Shown here: piece after piece, positions 1-9,750 of the stretch
How the letters are laid out: each line of letters begins with the position of its first letter
Numbering within the stretch: the stretch's first letter is position 1
Origin: an uncultured Verrucomicrobiales bacterium
GTDB lineage: Bacteria > Verrucomicrobiota > Verrucomicrobiia > Verrucomicrobiales > DEV007
Assembly: GCA_938091905.1 (NCBI GenBank)
Contig: CALKOM010000150.1
Span: 1-59,946, forward strand
DNA: 59,946 bases
Reading direction: 5' to 3'
Position numbers and translations under genes: made by a program
Notes under the pieces: generated by a model
Seen by the model: the letters and a program-made list of their open reading frames with translations, nothing else
Told to the model about the DNA's origin: nothing
Database searches by the model: none

Positions 1-1152
1 GCCAATGGAGGAACGTCTTACAAGACACCAGTGCTGGATCAAATGGCGAAGGAGGGGATGCGTTTTGAGCATTGTTATTCGCAGCCGATTTGTACACCTT
101 CGCGGGTGAAGTTGATGACCGGAATCGCTAACATCCGGAACTATGTGAAGTTTGGGTTGCTCGATCCCAAACAGACGACGTTTGCCCAGGTCCTGCAGGA
201 GGCGGGGTATGCAACGTGCGTGGTTGGCAAGTGGCAATTGGAAGGCGGCTATGAAGCGCCTAACCAATTTGGATTCGATGAATACGCACTATGGCAACTC
301 AATCGCCGACCTAGTCGTTATCCGAACGGAGGCTTGGAGATCAATGGGAAGCAAGTGGATTACACGAATGGCGAGTACCTGCCGGACGTGGTGAGCGATT
401 ATGCCTGTGATTTCATGGAAAAGAACCGGGAGAAGCCGTTCCTGGTTTATTATCCGATGATCCTGACACATTGCCCATTTGAACCGACGCCGGATTCGAA
501 AGACTGGGATCCCAAGAGCCCTGGTTCAAAGACCTACAAAGGGAATGCAAAGTACTTTGGCGACATGGTAACTTACATGGACAAGATCATCGGTAAGCTA
601 TTAAAAAAACTCGATGCCATCGGGGCGCGCGAAAATACGCTGGTTCTCTTTGTCGGCGACAATGGCACAGACAAGCCTGTCGTGTCGATGTTAGACGGTC
701 GAAATGTTGTTGGGGCCAAAGGGAAGATGCATGATGGTGGCAATCGGGTGCCATTCGTTGCTCAGTGGCCGGGGAAGATCCCCGCGGGCAAGGTCTCTCA
801 GGAGATCGTGGACTTCAGTGATTTCCTTCCGACGTTCTGCGAGGCGACTGAGGCTTCTGCCCCCAACGGGATTGATGGAAAGAGCTTTCTGAAGACGCTC
901 ACGGGGAGCGAAGAGAAGCACCGGGATTGGATTTATCTGTGGTACACACGGAGTGGCAAGCCAGGCACGGCCAAGCAGTTCACGCGGAACCAGCGCTACA
1001 AATTGTATGGCGACGGACGATTCTTTGACGTTGGCGAGGACGTCTTGGAGAAGACGCCGCTTGCAGTCGATAAACTAACGGAGAAGCAGCAAGCTGTGCA
1101 TAAAATGCTACGAGGCGGTTTGGACCAGTTTAAAGACGTTAGGACGGAGTAG
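1..1152 (+). CDS. Sulfatase (arylsulfatase A-like, formylglycine-dependent), 5'-truncated by window edge
   Basis: CTPSR (CxPxR) motif, GYATCVVGKW, GDNG, FSDFLPT, IDGKS motifs; reading frame is open back to position 1. Confidence 0.93.
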   Translation, partial: ANGGTSYKTPVLDQMAKEGMRFEHCYSQPICTPSRVKLMTGIANIRNYVKFGLLDPKQTTFAQVLQEAGYATCVVGKWQLEGGYEAPNQFGFDEYALWQLNRRPSRYPNGGLEINGKQVDYTNGEYLPDVVSDYACDFMEKNREKPFLVYYPMILTHCPFEPTPDSKDWDPKSPGSKTYKGNAKYFGDMVTYMDKIIGKLLKKLDAIGARENTLVLFVGDNGTDKPVVSMLDGRNVVGAKGKMHDGGNRVPFVAQWPGKIPAGKVSQEIVDFSDFLPTFCEATEASAPNGIDGKSFLKTLTGSEEKHRDWIYLWYTRSGKPGTAKQFTRNQRYKLYGDGRFFDVGEDVLEKTPLAVDKLTEKQQAVHKMLRGGLDQFKDVRTE

Positions 1153-1222
1153 CGAGAAGACTAGCGACACGCTTTTGGCAACGGCAAGAATAGGGCCGTC
1201 GATACAACGAAGCGTCGCCCTA

Positions 1223-2266
1223 CTAGTTGATGTTGGGAGCCATGCCGCCGCTGGTGACTTTCTTGAGAAACTCAAGTTCGCCAAGCACTTTGCCGGCGCC
1301 TTCCGCGACCGCGCTGAGGGAATCTTCCGCGACGTGGGCGGGGAGGCCCGTTTCTTCTGAAAGCAGTTTGTCGAGGCCACGGAGCATGGCGCCACCGCCA
1401 GCAAGAACCATTCCGCGATCGACAAGGTCGGCGGAGAGTTCGGGCGGGCAGCGCTCAAGAGCAATACGGACGGCATCGACGATCGAATTGAGCGGCTCTA
1501 ACATCGCTTCGCGCACTTCTTGTGAGGTGATGTTGACTGTCTTGGGCAAACCAGCCACGAGGTCGCGTCCTTTGACTTCCATGGAGGTCTCCTTACCGAT
1601 CGGGTAAGCTGAGCCGAGCTGGATCTTCATTTCCTCTGCCGTGCGCTCACCGATCATGAGGTTGTAGGCACGCTTCATATACTGGACGAGCGATTCGTCG
1701 AGCTCGTCACCAGCCACGCGCACGCTCCGGCTGTAGACAATCCCAGAGAGAGAAATGATGGCGACTTCCGTGGTTCCGCCGCCCATATCCACGATCATGT
1801 TACCGGAGGCTTCCTGAACGGGAAGGCCTGCACCGATAGCAGCCGCCATGGGCTCCTCGATAAGATAGACTTCGCGGGCACCGGCGTGAGAAGCTGATTC
1901 CTGGACGGCACGACGTTCCACTTCCGTGATGCCAGAAGGCACGGCGATGACCACGCGCGGACGTGCTATGGTACGTTTGTTGTGCACCTTGCGAATAAAG
2001 TAACGCAGCATGGCTTCGGTGATTTCGAAGTCAGCAATGACGCCATCTTTCAGTGGGCGAATGGCCACGATGTTTCCGGGCGTGCGCCCAAGCATGCGTT
2101 TCGCATCTGCACCCACGGCAAGAACTTCACTCGTGCCGGACTTCACTGCAACAACAGAGGGCTCACGTAAGACGATGCCCTGGTCTTTCACATAGATCAG
2201 TGTATTTGCCGTTCCAAGGTCGATTCCGATGTCGTTGGACATAAGTCCGAAGAGTTTGCTGATCAT
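1223..2266 (-). CDS. mreB: Rod shape-determining protein MreB
   Basis: [42 protein letters not shown]; start placed at ATG 2266 (MISKLFG). Confidence 0.97.
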   Translation of the reverse strand: MISKLFGLMSNDIGIDLGTANTLIYVKDQGIVLREPSVVAVKSGTSEVLAVGADAKRMLGRTPGNIVAIRPLKDGVIADFEITEAMLRYFIRKVHNKRTIARPRVVIAVPSGITEVERRAVQESASHAGAREVYLIEEPMAAAIGAGLPVQEASGNMIVDMGGGTTEVAIISLSGIVYSRSVRVAGDELDESLVQYMKRAYNLMIGERTAEEMKIQLGSAYPIGKETSMEVKGRDLVAGLPKTVNITSQEVREAMLEPLNSIVDAVRIALERCPPELSADLVDRGMVLAGGGAMLRGLDKLLSEETGLPAHVAEDSLSAVAEGAGKVLGELEFLKKVTSGGMAPNIN

Positions 2267-2361
2267 AGAAGTCCCGTGACTGTAGCCTAGAAGTCGACGC
2301 CGACCACCGTTATTCAACACGGAAATTGCCGTCTTTGGCTCGAAAGCTGGTCACGCCAAAA

Positions 2362-5300
2362 TCACTTTACAGGTGCGGTAAACTCCTGGACGAGCTTCTT
2401 GTCCTTCGCCTGCCAAACGCGGACGACACTGTCTTGCGTGCCCGCGACGAGCCACTGGCCATCCTGGCTCATCGCACTGACATAGACAAACTCTTTGCCA
2501 TCGAAGCGCTCTTTCCCAAAGCGCACGGTTTTGTCGCCCGAACTTGTGACTAACGTTTCAGCAGTATCGGCAAAGGCTACCGAGGTGATTTCTTGATTGT
2601 AGCCATCGATTGTCTTTATCTGCCGCTTCTCCTCGAAATCCCATAGTTTGATGACTTTGTCAGCCCCAGCCGTAGCCAAGACAAGCCCATCTGCACGCCA
2701 GCTGACATCGAGCACATGGCTGGTATGGCCTTCAAATGCGGCCACGAGGCCGCCATCGCTTACTTCGAAGACCTTGGAGAATCGATCCGTCGACGCCGTA
2801 GCAACATAGCGTCCATCGGGGGAGAACTCCACGCCCACGATGGTATCGCTGTGGGCATCCTCCACCTCTAAAAGCAAGCTGCCGTCTGCCACGCGCCAGA
2901 ACTTGAGTTCGCCACTGCGTGAGGGCGAACCGCTGCCCGTCGCGAGCACCGTTCCGTTTGGGCTAAAAGCAAGCGCGGTCACTCGATCAACGAGGGCCTT
3001 GGGATCATCGATCTTTCCAATAGTCTGAGTCCATTCCCAAGCCGCCTTGGTGGTCCAATGCAGTAGGGATTTCTCCCTACAGGTGAGCCAGTTACCTCCA
3101 GCCAAACCGTAAACACACGTGCCCGCCGATCCCTCAATCGAACCGACGAGGCGTCGGTCCTCCGTGGCGTAAAGAAGAGTGTCTCCCTTGGCACGACCGA
3201 CGGCGAAGGTCTTCCCTTCCACAGCAAAGGCGATGGATGTAAGCGGCCCGGTTTCGATTTCGGCTCCAGCTTTCAGAGCTTCCTGGGACACCTTCAGCTT
3301 GGCTTCGGCAAGCGTTAAGGCCGTTTGTGCTCGCGTCTGGGCTTCGGAAGCACGCTGGCTCAACCTAATTGCGAGTTCTTCATTCTCGATGGCCTGACTA
3401 TTGGCCTTCGCAGCGTTTTTGAGAGCCTCGTTTGCCTTTGTCAGGGCCTCCTCCACTTTCTTGTGTGCTTCGGCAGCCTTCTTTGAGCGTTCCTCAGTCT
3501 GAGCAAAGCGAGCTTTGGTTGCTTCTACGGCTTCCTTTGCTTTCGCATGCTTCATTTCGAGCTGTTCTAACTTGAGTAACGCTGCCGTGGCTATTTGCTC
3601 AGCTTTCTTGGCTTCGTGCAACTTGATCTCCAGCATTGAGAGCTGCCTCTGAGCTTCTGCCAGGAGATTCTCGGTCTCGATCACCACCTTATCTGCGGAC
3701 CCCTCTTCCCCAAGTAGCACTTTGGCAACCTTCAGGGCTGGCAACGCAACTCGCAATTTCTCTTTAATCGTCGTCTGAGTCGTGATCTCGGATTGGCATT
3801 GGTCTAAGGACATCTTTGCTTGGGCCGCTGTTTCGGCGAGCCCACCTGCTCGCTGTTCCCGTTCTTGCTTCACATCCTCGCCTAACGCTTTGGCCTGTGC
3901 CTCCTCGTTTTCCTTCGCTTTCTTAAGCGAAGCCACCTCTGCATTGACGTCATCGAGATTCGCTTTGGACTTGAGTTGACTCAAACGGGCCTGATGGGCA
4001 GCCAGATCGCTTTCGTCCCACTTAGCCTTGGCAGCAAGTCGATCCGTAGCCGCCTTCTTGGCCTTCTCCACCTCGTCCTTCCACGCTTTCTGGCGTTCCT
4101 CGAATTTCTTCTTTCGATTGTCGACCAAGGCTTCGCTAGTGCTCTCAGCCCGCTTCAAACGCTCGTTCTGAGTCACTTCCTCAGGCGTCAGTGCAAGATC
4201 GCCCAGGTGGCTTCCGTCTTCCACCTTCCAGACCTTTGCTGCGCTTGCCGAGAGTGAGATGAGATGCTGTCCATCCGGCGAGACTGACAAATCACCCACA
4301 GGATCTCCATGCGTGATGGAGCGGACTACCTTGTTCTCTCCCAACTCCCAGTGCTTTACCGTTCCATCCAAGCTCCCAGTGAAGATCTGCATCATCGCAC
4401 TCGGATGCGATTCCAACGCGACGATTGCTTTCTCATGCCCTGGAATGGACTCCAGCTCTCCCTGATCGAGAGCGCCCAAGAGCAACTTGCCACTTTCCGT
4501 CGCCACGACGAGCTGTTCAGGCAAGAGAAGAAGTGCTTTCACCACTTCCTCTGTGGTGAAGTGATGGACTGGTTCCTGAGAGGAAGCGTTGACTATCCGG
4601 ATCTTGCCATCAGCACCAGCACTTGCCACCACCCCACCATCCAAAGAAAGGGCTAGAGCCACGACGCTTCCCTCGTGCCGTTTGGATGGGCTCGCCTGAC
4701 TACCCGCTTTTGAAATCGTCACGTGTCCAGACGAGTCGCCAGCAGCAATCCATTGGCCATCTCGTGTCACGGTTACCGCAGTGACAGCCTCTGGGAGTGA
4801 CTGGCAAACCTCGCCTTTCTTGACGACCGGTTTCCAGAGCTTGGCATTGCGAAAGCCACCCGTTGCCATCCAGCCATCGGAGCTGAAAGCAATGCTTTGA
4901 ACGAAGTCCTGGTGGGCCAAGGTTTCCTTCTTGTAGATGTCCTGAGAGGCCAAAGCCGGATCGTTTAGTTGACCCAGTTCCACCCGCTGACGCAAATCAT
5001 AGAGATGCACCCGCTGCCCACGCGATGCTGCCACAAAGTGATCATTGGAACTGAGCGCCATATGATAGACGGGGTAGTCTTGCCGCTTTGACAGGACCCA
5101 TTTCTCCGGAGTGACCGTGGCAAGCGGGGCTTCACCTTTGCCACCCTCTTCGATCCAGCGTTTGATCAGACCGAGTTCGTCAGGCGTGAAGGGTATCGCA
5201 TTCGCCTTGTTCTTCTCTGGCGGCATGATGGGGTCTTCCAAATGTGCTGCTACTTGCAGAAGGAAACTTTCGTCAGGCTTTCCGGCCACGATGGCGGGTC

Positions 5301-5526
5301 CTTCGGAGCCGCCCTTCAGAATAGCCTTAGGATCTTCCAGATTTAGCTGCCCCTTTGCTTTTGAACTGTTATGGCAAGCGATGCAGTTCTTCTTAAACAA
5401 GGGAAAGACCTCTTTGCCAAAGTCCACCGGCTCCTTGCGAACAAGCTCCGTGATCGAAATTGGCTCTTGAGCCAGGGCACTCGAGAGAAGCACTAGTGTT
5501 AGGAAAGGGAATAGGGTCTTCTTCAT
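2362..5526 (-). CDS. Secreted planctomycete-type cytochrome c domain + WD40 repeat protein with long central coiled coil
   Basis: Signal peptide; VDF...CIACH...GGSEG...SFLL...MPP...WIEEG cytochrome module; many GH...WD-like repeats; Ala/Lys/Glu-rich helical middle segment. Confidence 0.88.
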   Translation of the reverse strand: MKKTLFPFLTLVLLSSALAQEPISITELVRKEPVDFGKEVFPLFKKNCIACHNSSKAKGQLNLEDPKAILKGGSEGPAIVAGKPDESFLLQVAAHLEDPIMPPEKNKANAIPFTPDELGLIKRWIEEGGKGEAPLATVTPEKWVLSKRQDYPVYHMALSSNDHFVAASRGQRVHLYDLRQRVELGQLNDPALASQDIYKKETLAHQDFVQSIAFSSDGWMATGGFRNAKLWKPVVKKGEVCQSLPEAVTAVTVTRDGQWIAAGDSSGHVTISKAGSQASPSKRHEGSVVALALSLDGGVVASAGADGKIRIVNASSQEPVHHFTTEEVVKALLLLPEQLVVATESGKLLLGALDQGELESIPGHEKAIVALESHPSAMMQIFTGSLDGTVKHWELGENKVVRSITHGDPVGDLSVSPDGQHLISLSASAAKVWKVEDGSHLGDLALTPEEVTQNERLKRAESTSEALVDNRKKKFEERQKAWKDEVEKAKKAATDRLAAKAKWDESDLAAHQARLSQLKSKANLDDVNAEVASLKKAKENEEAQAKALGEDVKQEREQRAGGLAETAAQAKMSLDQCQSEITTQTTIKEKLRVALPALKVAKVLLGEEGSADKVVIETENLLAEAQRQLSMLEIKLHEAKKAEQIATAALLKLEQLEMKHAKAKEAVEATKARFAQTEERSKKAAEAHKKVEEALTKANEALKNAAKANSQAIENEELAIRLSQRASEAQTRAQTALTLAEAKLKVSQEALKAGAEIETGPLTSIAFAVEGKTFAVGRAKGDTLLYATEDRRLVGSIEGSAGTCVYGLAGGNWLTCREKSLLHWTTKAAWEWTQTIGKIDDPKALVDRVTALAFSPNGTVLATGSGSPSRSGELKFWRVADGSLLLEVEDAHSDTIVGVEFSPDGRYVATASTDRFSKVFEVSDGGLVAAFEGHTSHVLDVSWRADGLVLATAGADKVIKLWDFEEKRQIKTIDGYNQEITSVAFADTAETLVTSSGDKTVRFGKERFDGKEFVYVSAMSQDGQWLVAGTQDSVVRVWQAKDKKLVQEFTAPVK

Positions 5527-7940
5527 GGAATGACAATGGCAATCGGACGCTTAATCGTGAGATCTTGACCGTTGAATTTGAGCTTCGCCTCGACCGTGGC
5601 TTGATAGCGTCCCGGCCTGGCCTCTGAGGAAATGGTGGCTTTAAGAGACGCTTCCTTTGTCTCTTTCGCAGCGGATGCTTTGCTCGGATCGAAGAGCTTC
5701 GAATCTTTGCCAGGCACGAGTTGGAACTCGACACTTTCAGCAAAGCCGTAAAGGCGTTCAAAGAATACTGAAACCGCTATTTCCTTACCTGCCTGAGCAG
5801 CAGCGTCGGCCAGTTCCGAGATCTTCAGGGGTCCATCGTTGATCCTTAGGTGAATAGGTTGAGACACAATTGCGTGGGTAAGATCCCGCGCCGTCGCGCG
5901 TTTCTTCGCCTCCTCGGCGCTCTTGGCAGCCGCGTCTTTGGCAGTGGAAGCCTCGTCTACTTGCTTCTGTATTTCGGCTGCTCTGGCCTCGGTCACTTCC
6001 TTCCCTTCCATCGATTTCTTCAGCGCCACAGCAGCTTCGAGGGCAGCTTCCTTCTCTTTTAAATCGGCCTCAGCCCGTTCCGCCGCTTCAGGATTGGTGC
6101 GGTGTTTGACCTTACCTTCCCATGCCCGCGCATGGACAACATAGTCGCCTGGAGAGAACTTGTTGTTGTCCTTGTTCACCACGTTGAGCGTGAGTTTGAC
6201 CTCTTTGGCCTTGGGATCGAAATTTGCTTCAGGAGCTTTCCTTAGTCCCGGCAGACCACTGAGTCTGGTCTTGAAGTTTCCTGACTGGCCTATCAGACGA
6301 GTGACAGCAAAGGGCAACTCTACCTTTCCTCCTAAACACGTCTCATAATGGGTCTGAGGCGCGATCAATGTTAAGGGAGCCGTTTCCTGCGCCAGCACGG
6401 CAAAGGCAGGGGCATGCGTTAAACGACCTTCCCATCGTTCACGATTCGCATCACCAATTGTCCAAAGAAGCGTTGCCCCTTGCACGGGCTGACTTACTTT
6501 CGCACCAGCAATCTCCATTTCTCCTAACAAAGTCAAGAAGCCCACGAACGGTGTCGCGTCGGCATTCGCGGTGAGAATGACGACGCCACGGTGCTGTCCT
6601 TGGCCAATCGTGAGCGGGCTAGCGGTAACCCCATCAGGCAAGTTCTCGGCACGCACCCTGATCGGGCCATTAAAACCATCTCGCCGCATCGCAAAAATCT
6701 CCCAGTGAGCCGTGCCACCACGACGCAGCACGGGACTCCAGCGAGAGAGCTGATTCCCGACTTCCTGCGGTTTTTCAGCAGCCGCAATGAGATGCACATT
6801 GGGTTGCGGGTGACGCAACTCAAGGCGGTAGTTTCCTGTGGAATGGAACTGGTCGCGCCATTCAATGCGATAGCGCTGCTTCGCCTTGGCCTTGAGCGTG
6901 ACGATCGGATCTCGACTGCCAATTCTAAAGCGCTTGTCCTTCACTGCATCATCAGAATCATCACCCTCGATGACTTTCTTCAACCTGCCATCATCTGCCA
7001 CCATGGAAACGCGTAACCGGTAATCCGTCGGTTGCCCTAGCCGCTCGGAGAACAGCTCGATCACCACAGTGCCCGCCTCTTCCACCACGAGATCAATGTA
7101 GGGCCGCGCACGGGGAGGCGTCTGACCAAAGATGGATACAGGAATGGAGGTTAGGGTTTGTTCAGATTCATAGGCCTGCATTTCCTTGGACAAGGCAACT
7201 ACTGGTAAATTCGCAGGAAGGCGCACCGGCACCTGACGATCGATCGGGGACTTTGTCAGAGACAAACGATAGTAGTAAGACGCACCGCCATCATATAGAA
7301 AGTCGTTCAACCCGATGTAGTAGGGCTGGTTAGGCTGAAAGGGCGTAAAATCAACACTAACATCACGTCCCTGGACATCATGATGACGTTCCAGTTCGTT
7401 GCCTTGAGAATCGAGAATAACCAAGGTGGGATCCATGCGCGAATCGATCCGTTCTGCCAAAACCTCGAGGGTAATTGGCTCAGTCGTTGCCGGGGTAAAT
7501 TGGAACCAGTCCACCAAAGCGGCCGTCGCAATGCCGTTTACGGTCTGGCCAATCTCGATGACTTGGGCCAACTCAGGCTTCTGATGATCACCCGCTTCTC
7601 GAACTTCTGCTAGATTCCCTACCGCAAACGCGCGAGGATTCGACACCCCAAAGCGACCGTAGACTGACACGTCGATCACGCGCGGCGACAAACCCGCCGG
7701 AATTTCCAGCTGGACCTGACCATTCTCAATAAACCCCTTGACGGCCTCATCAGACACCAGCACGCCAGCGAGTTCATCCAGATAGCTCCCATGGGCCTGA
7801 AGCTCGATCGTTTGCCCAGCACGAGCGCCTGGCGGGGTCAATGCGTCCAGCTCTGCCATCGGCACTTGGGCTGAGCACACCCCAGCGGCGAAGAGCCAGG
7901 CGAGCCAAGCGGTTTTCTGCAATCGCCGTATGTCCAGCAT
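5523..7940 (-). CDS. Secreted PPC (pre-peptidase C-terminal)/Ig-like repeat protein of the type found in PVC DUF1501/PSCyt clusters
   Basis: Signal peptide, PPGARAG, GRFGVSNPR, DWFQF, SRMDPTL, YYRL motifs; 4-bp overlap with the WD40 gene; no protease catalytic motifs seen. Confidence 0.75.
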   Translation of the reverse strand: MLDIRRLQKTAWLAWLFAAGVCSAQVPMAELDALTPPGARAGQTIELQAHGSYLDELAGVLVSDEAVKGFIENGQVQLEIPAGLSPRVIDVSVYGRFGVSNPRAFAVGNLAEVREAGDHQKPELAQVIEIGQTVNGIATAALVDWFQFTPATTEPITLEVLAERIDSRMDPTLVILDSQGNELERHHDVQGRDVSVDFTPFQPNQPYYIGLNDFLYDGGASYYYRLSLTKSPIDRQVPVRLPANLPVVALSKEMQAYESEQTLTSIPVSIFGQTPPRARPYIDLVVEEAGTVVIELFSERLGQPTDYRLRVSMVADDGRLKKVIEGDDSDDAVKDKRFRIGSRDPIVTLKAKAKQRYRIEWRDQFHSTGNYRLELRHPQPNVHLIAAAEKPQEVGNQLSRWSPVLRRGGTAHWEIFAMRRDGFNGPIRVRAENLPDGVTASPLTIGQGQHRGVVILTANADATPFVGFLTLLGEMEIAGAKVSQPVQGATLLWTIGDANRERWEGRLTHAPAFAVLAQETAPLTLIAPQTHYETCLGGKVELPFAVTRLIGQSGNFKTRLSGLPGLRKAPEANFDPKAKEVKLTLNVVNKDNNKFSPGDYVVHARAWEGKVKHRTNPEAAERAEADLKEKEAALEAAVALKKSMEGKEVTEARAAEIQKQVDEASTAKDAAAKSAEEAKKRATARDLTHAIVSQPIHLRINDGPLKISELADAAAQAGKEIAVSVFFERLYGFAESVEFQLVPGKDSKLFDPSKASAAKETKEASLKATISSEARPGRYQATVEAKLKFNGQDLTIKRPIAIVIP

Positions 7941-7992
7941 ACGGATTGAACTGACGCCAAGGGCCCCAGTCGCGCCCTAGTTTCCAAGAGCG

Positions 7993-8400
7993 CTATTTAC
8001 GCAGACGGAACGGTGTGCCGCAATACTTGCACACGAAGCGCCGGTAGATAAACATATCTAACACCATCGAGGTTGAATACGAAAGCAGAGGAGCCTTCCG
8101 AGCATTCTGATTCATCCGACAGCTCGCCGTCTGAAACGCCGCCCCTTGGCACAGCGGGCAACGGATCTTCGTGCTCAGCATGTAGATGACGACGCGCAAC
8201 AGTACTCCAAGGATCAACGCAACCAAGGCCGCGACCGCCCACAACTTCTGGAGGTCTCCAGAACCCCCGAAGAACATCATGAAGAGAAAGTACGGGAGAC
8301 CTAGCACACACACCCAAAGCAGTAGACTGAGGATCATGACCTTCACCAAGCGGCCTGCCCGCGGGAAGGTCCGGGCATATTTCAATGCGGGCATCGACAT
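7993..8400 (-). CDS. Small membrane protein with C-terminal CxxC...CxxC zinc ribbon
   Basis: Two hydrophobic helices, then CPLC and CKYC. Confidence 0.7.
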   Translation of the reverse strand: MSMPALKYARTFPRAGRLVKVMILSLLLWVCVLGLPYFLFMMFFGGSGDLQKLWAVAALVALILGVLLRVVIYMLSTKIRCPLCQGAAFQTASCRMNQNARKAPLLSYSTSMVLDMFIYRRFVCKYCGTPFRLRK

Positions 8401-8508
8401 AACTATACCTCCCGATCATTCCGACTCGCGATGCAATGTCAATGGGGAATCCGCCAGAGTCACCGTGACCCCGCGCCTAACGCGAGAGGAAGCCTAGGAT
8501 CCCCTCAC

Positions 8509-9042
8509 TTAACGCTGCATTGCTGGGGCAGCCTCAATCCCACGGAAAATCTCGTCACCACAGATCGCCAAAGCTGCGCCCACAGCAAGCACGACCAGAC
8601 CGAGTAGAATTAACCAGAACTCTCGCTTTAAAGTGAGTTCCAATGTCGCCTCGCCCATGCTACCCACGCTTCGCTTGCAGCGCTTCCGCTCACTCTTGGG
8701 CGGGTGAGGTTCAGGCAGGTTGCCCGCCTCTCGAGCGGCAAATACTGGACGAGAAGGACGATCGCAGAGGCGTGTCGTTGGACTCCCTGCGTGCGCCTCT
8801 TCGACCTCATTTCCCATGCTCTCCATATTCGGTTGGGACGCAGGAGAAACCTCCACCATCTGCGGTGGCTGAACGCTCACGACGGATGGGGCGATGATCG
8901 TCGCTCCACAGGCGGGGCAAGGCCCCTCTAGTCCTGCTCGCGAACAAGGAATCTCCAGCACAGTGGAGCACATGGGGCAGCTGAAGCGCAGCAACAAGTC
9001 TACTGGGCGATTAGGCAGAGTTTCTGGGAAGCTGAGGGCCAT
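8509..9042 (-). CDS. Hypothetical protein: N-terminal zinc ribbon, disordered linker, C-terminal TM helix
   Basis: FSCPMC...GPCPACG, Pro-rich linker, FWLILLGLVVLAVGAAL. Confidence 0.65.
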   Translation of the reverse strand: MALSFPETLPNRPVDLLLRFSCPMCSTVLEIPCSRAGLEGPCPACGATIIAPSVVSVQPPQMVEVSPASQPNMESMGNEVEEAHAGSPTTRLCDRPSRPVFAAREAGNLPEPHPPKSERKRCKRSVGSMGEATLELTLKREFWLILLGLVVLAVGAALAICGDEIFRGIEAAPAMQR

Positions 9043-9112
9043 GTCGACAATCAAACTCTAGCCTACGCAGTCATTTCGCCAGATGGCGATTCAATAATTA
9101 TGAAATCTTTAA

Positions 9113-9736
9113 CTAATCCTCAATCCTCGACAGCGATCGCCGAGCCAATGCCCACAGGATCGGTGGGACCAGAGCACTCACCAACAACGCAGCTACAGGT
9201 GAATCCGTTCCCAGCTGCCCCACTGCCGCGAAAGCAAAGCCCATGGGAAGGCAACCCGCCAAGGCAGCAACCAGGAAGCGCCGCCACGGCATGCCGGTCA
9301 TTCCAGCGAGGCAAGCCATGACCTCCGCCATGATGGGGAGACACCGCGACAGCACCACCACCCAGGCTCCATAGAGGTTGAAGAGTTTCCTACCAGCTTC
9401 CAGCCCTTCCTTGCCGGCCAAACGGATCGCCACGGGTTCGCCTACCCATCGACATACTCCATAGCCCAACGCTGCGCTTCCCATCGCTCCCAAGGTTGCG
9501 ATCAGACCCCCAATGGCGATTCCGTAGACATAACCCAACGCGCTCATCACAACCGTCGAGGGCATCGGTATGACGAGATCACCGCTCAGCAGACCCAGGC
9601 CAACAAGCCACGCCCATTGGCCGAAGCTTTCCAACCGTGCCACCGTCCATAGCGTCTCCATCCCCTCTCCCCAGATGACGAAAGGCAAGAGCACTATGAG
9701 ACCCAGCCCAAGCACGAGGAGAAAGAAGCGGCGCAT
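9113..9736 (-). CDS. DedA/TVP38 (VTT domain) membrane protein
   Basis: DLVIPMPST, GYVYG, LSRCLP...E, multiple TM helices. Confidence 0.85.
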   Translation of the reverse strand: MRRFFLLVLGLGLIVLLPFVIWGEGMETLWTVARLESFGQWAWLVGLGLLSGDLVIPMPSTVVMSALGYVYGIAIGGLIATLGAMGSAALGYGVCRWVGEPVAIRLAGKEGLEAGRKLFNLYGAWVVVLSRCLPIMAEVMACLAGMTGMPWRRFLVAALAGCLPMGFAFAAVGQLGTDSPVAALLVSALVPPILWALARRSLSRIED

Positions 9737-9750
9737 TTGTACCGACGCCC

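Noticed and set aside
1163..1220. Imperfect inverted repeat between sulfatase and mreB
   Set aside because: Bulged, no U-tract; too weak to call a terminator or ncRNA
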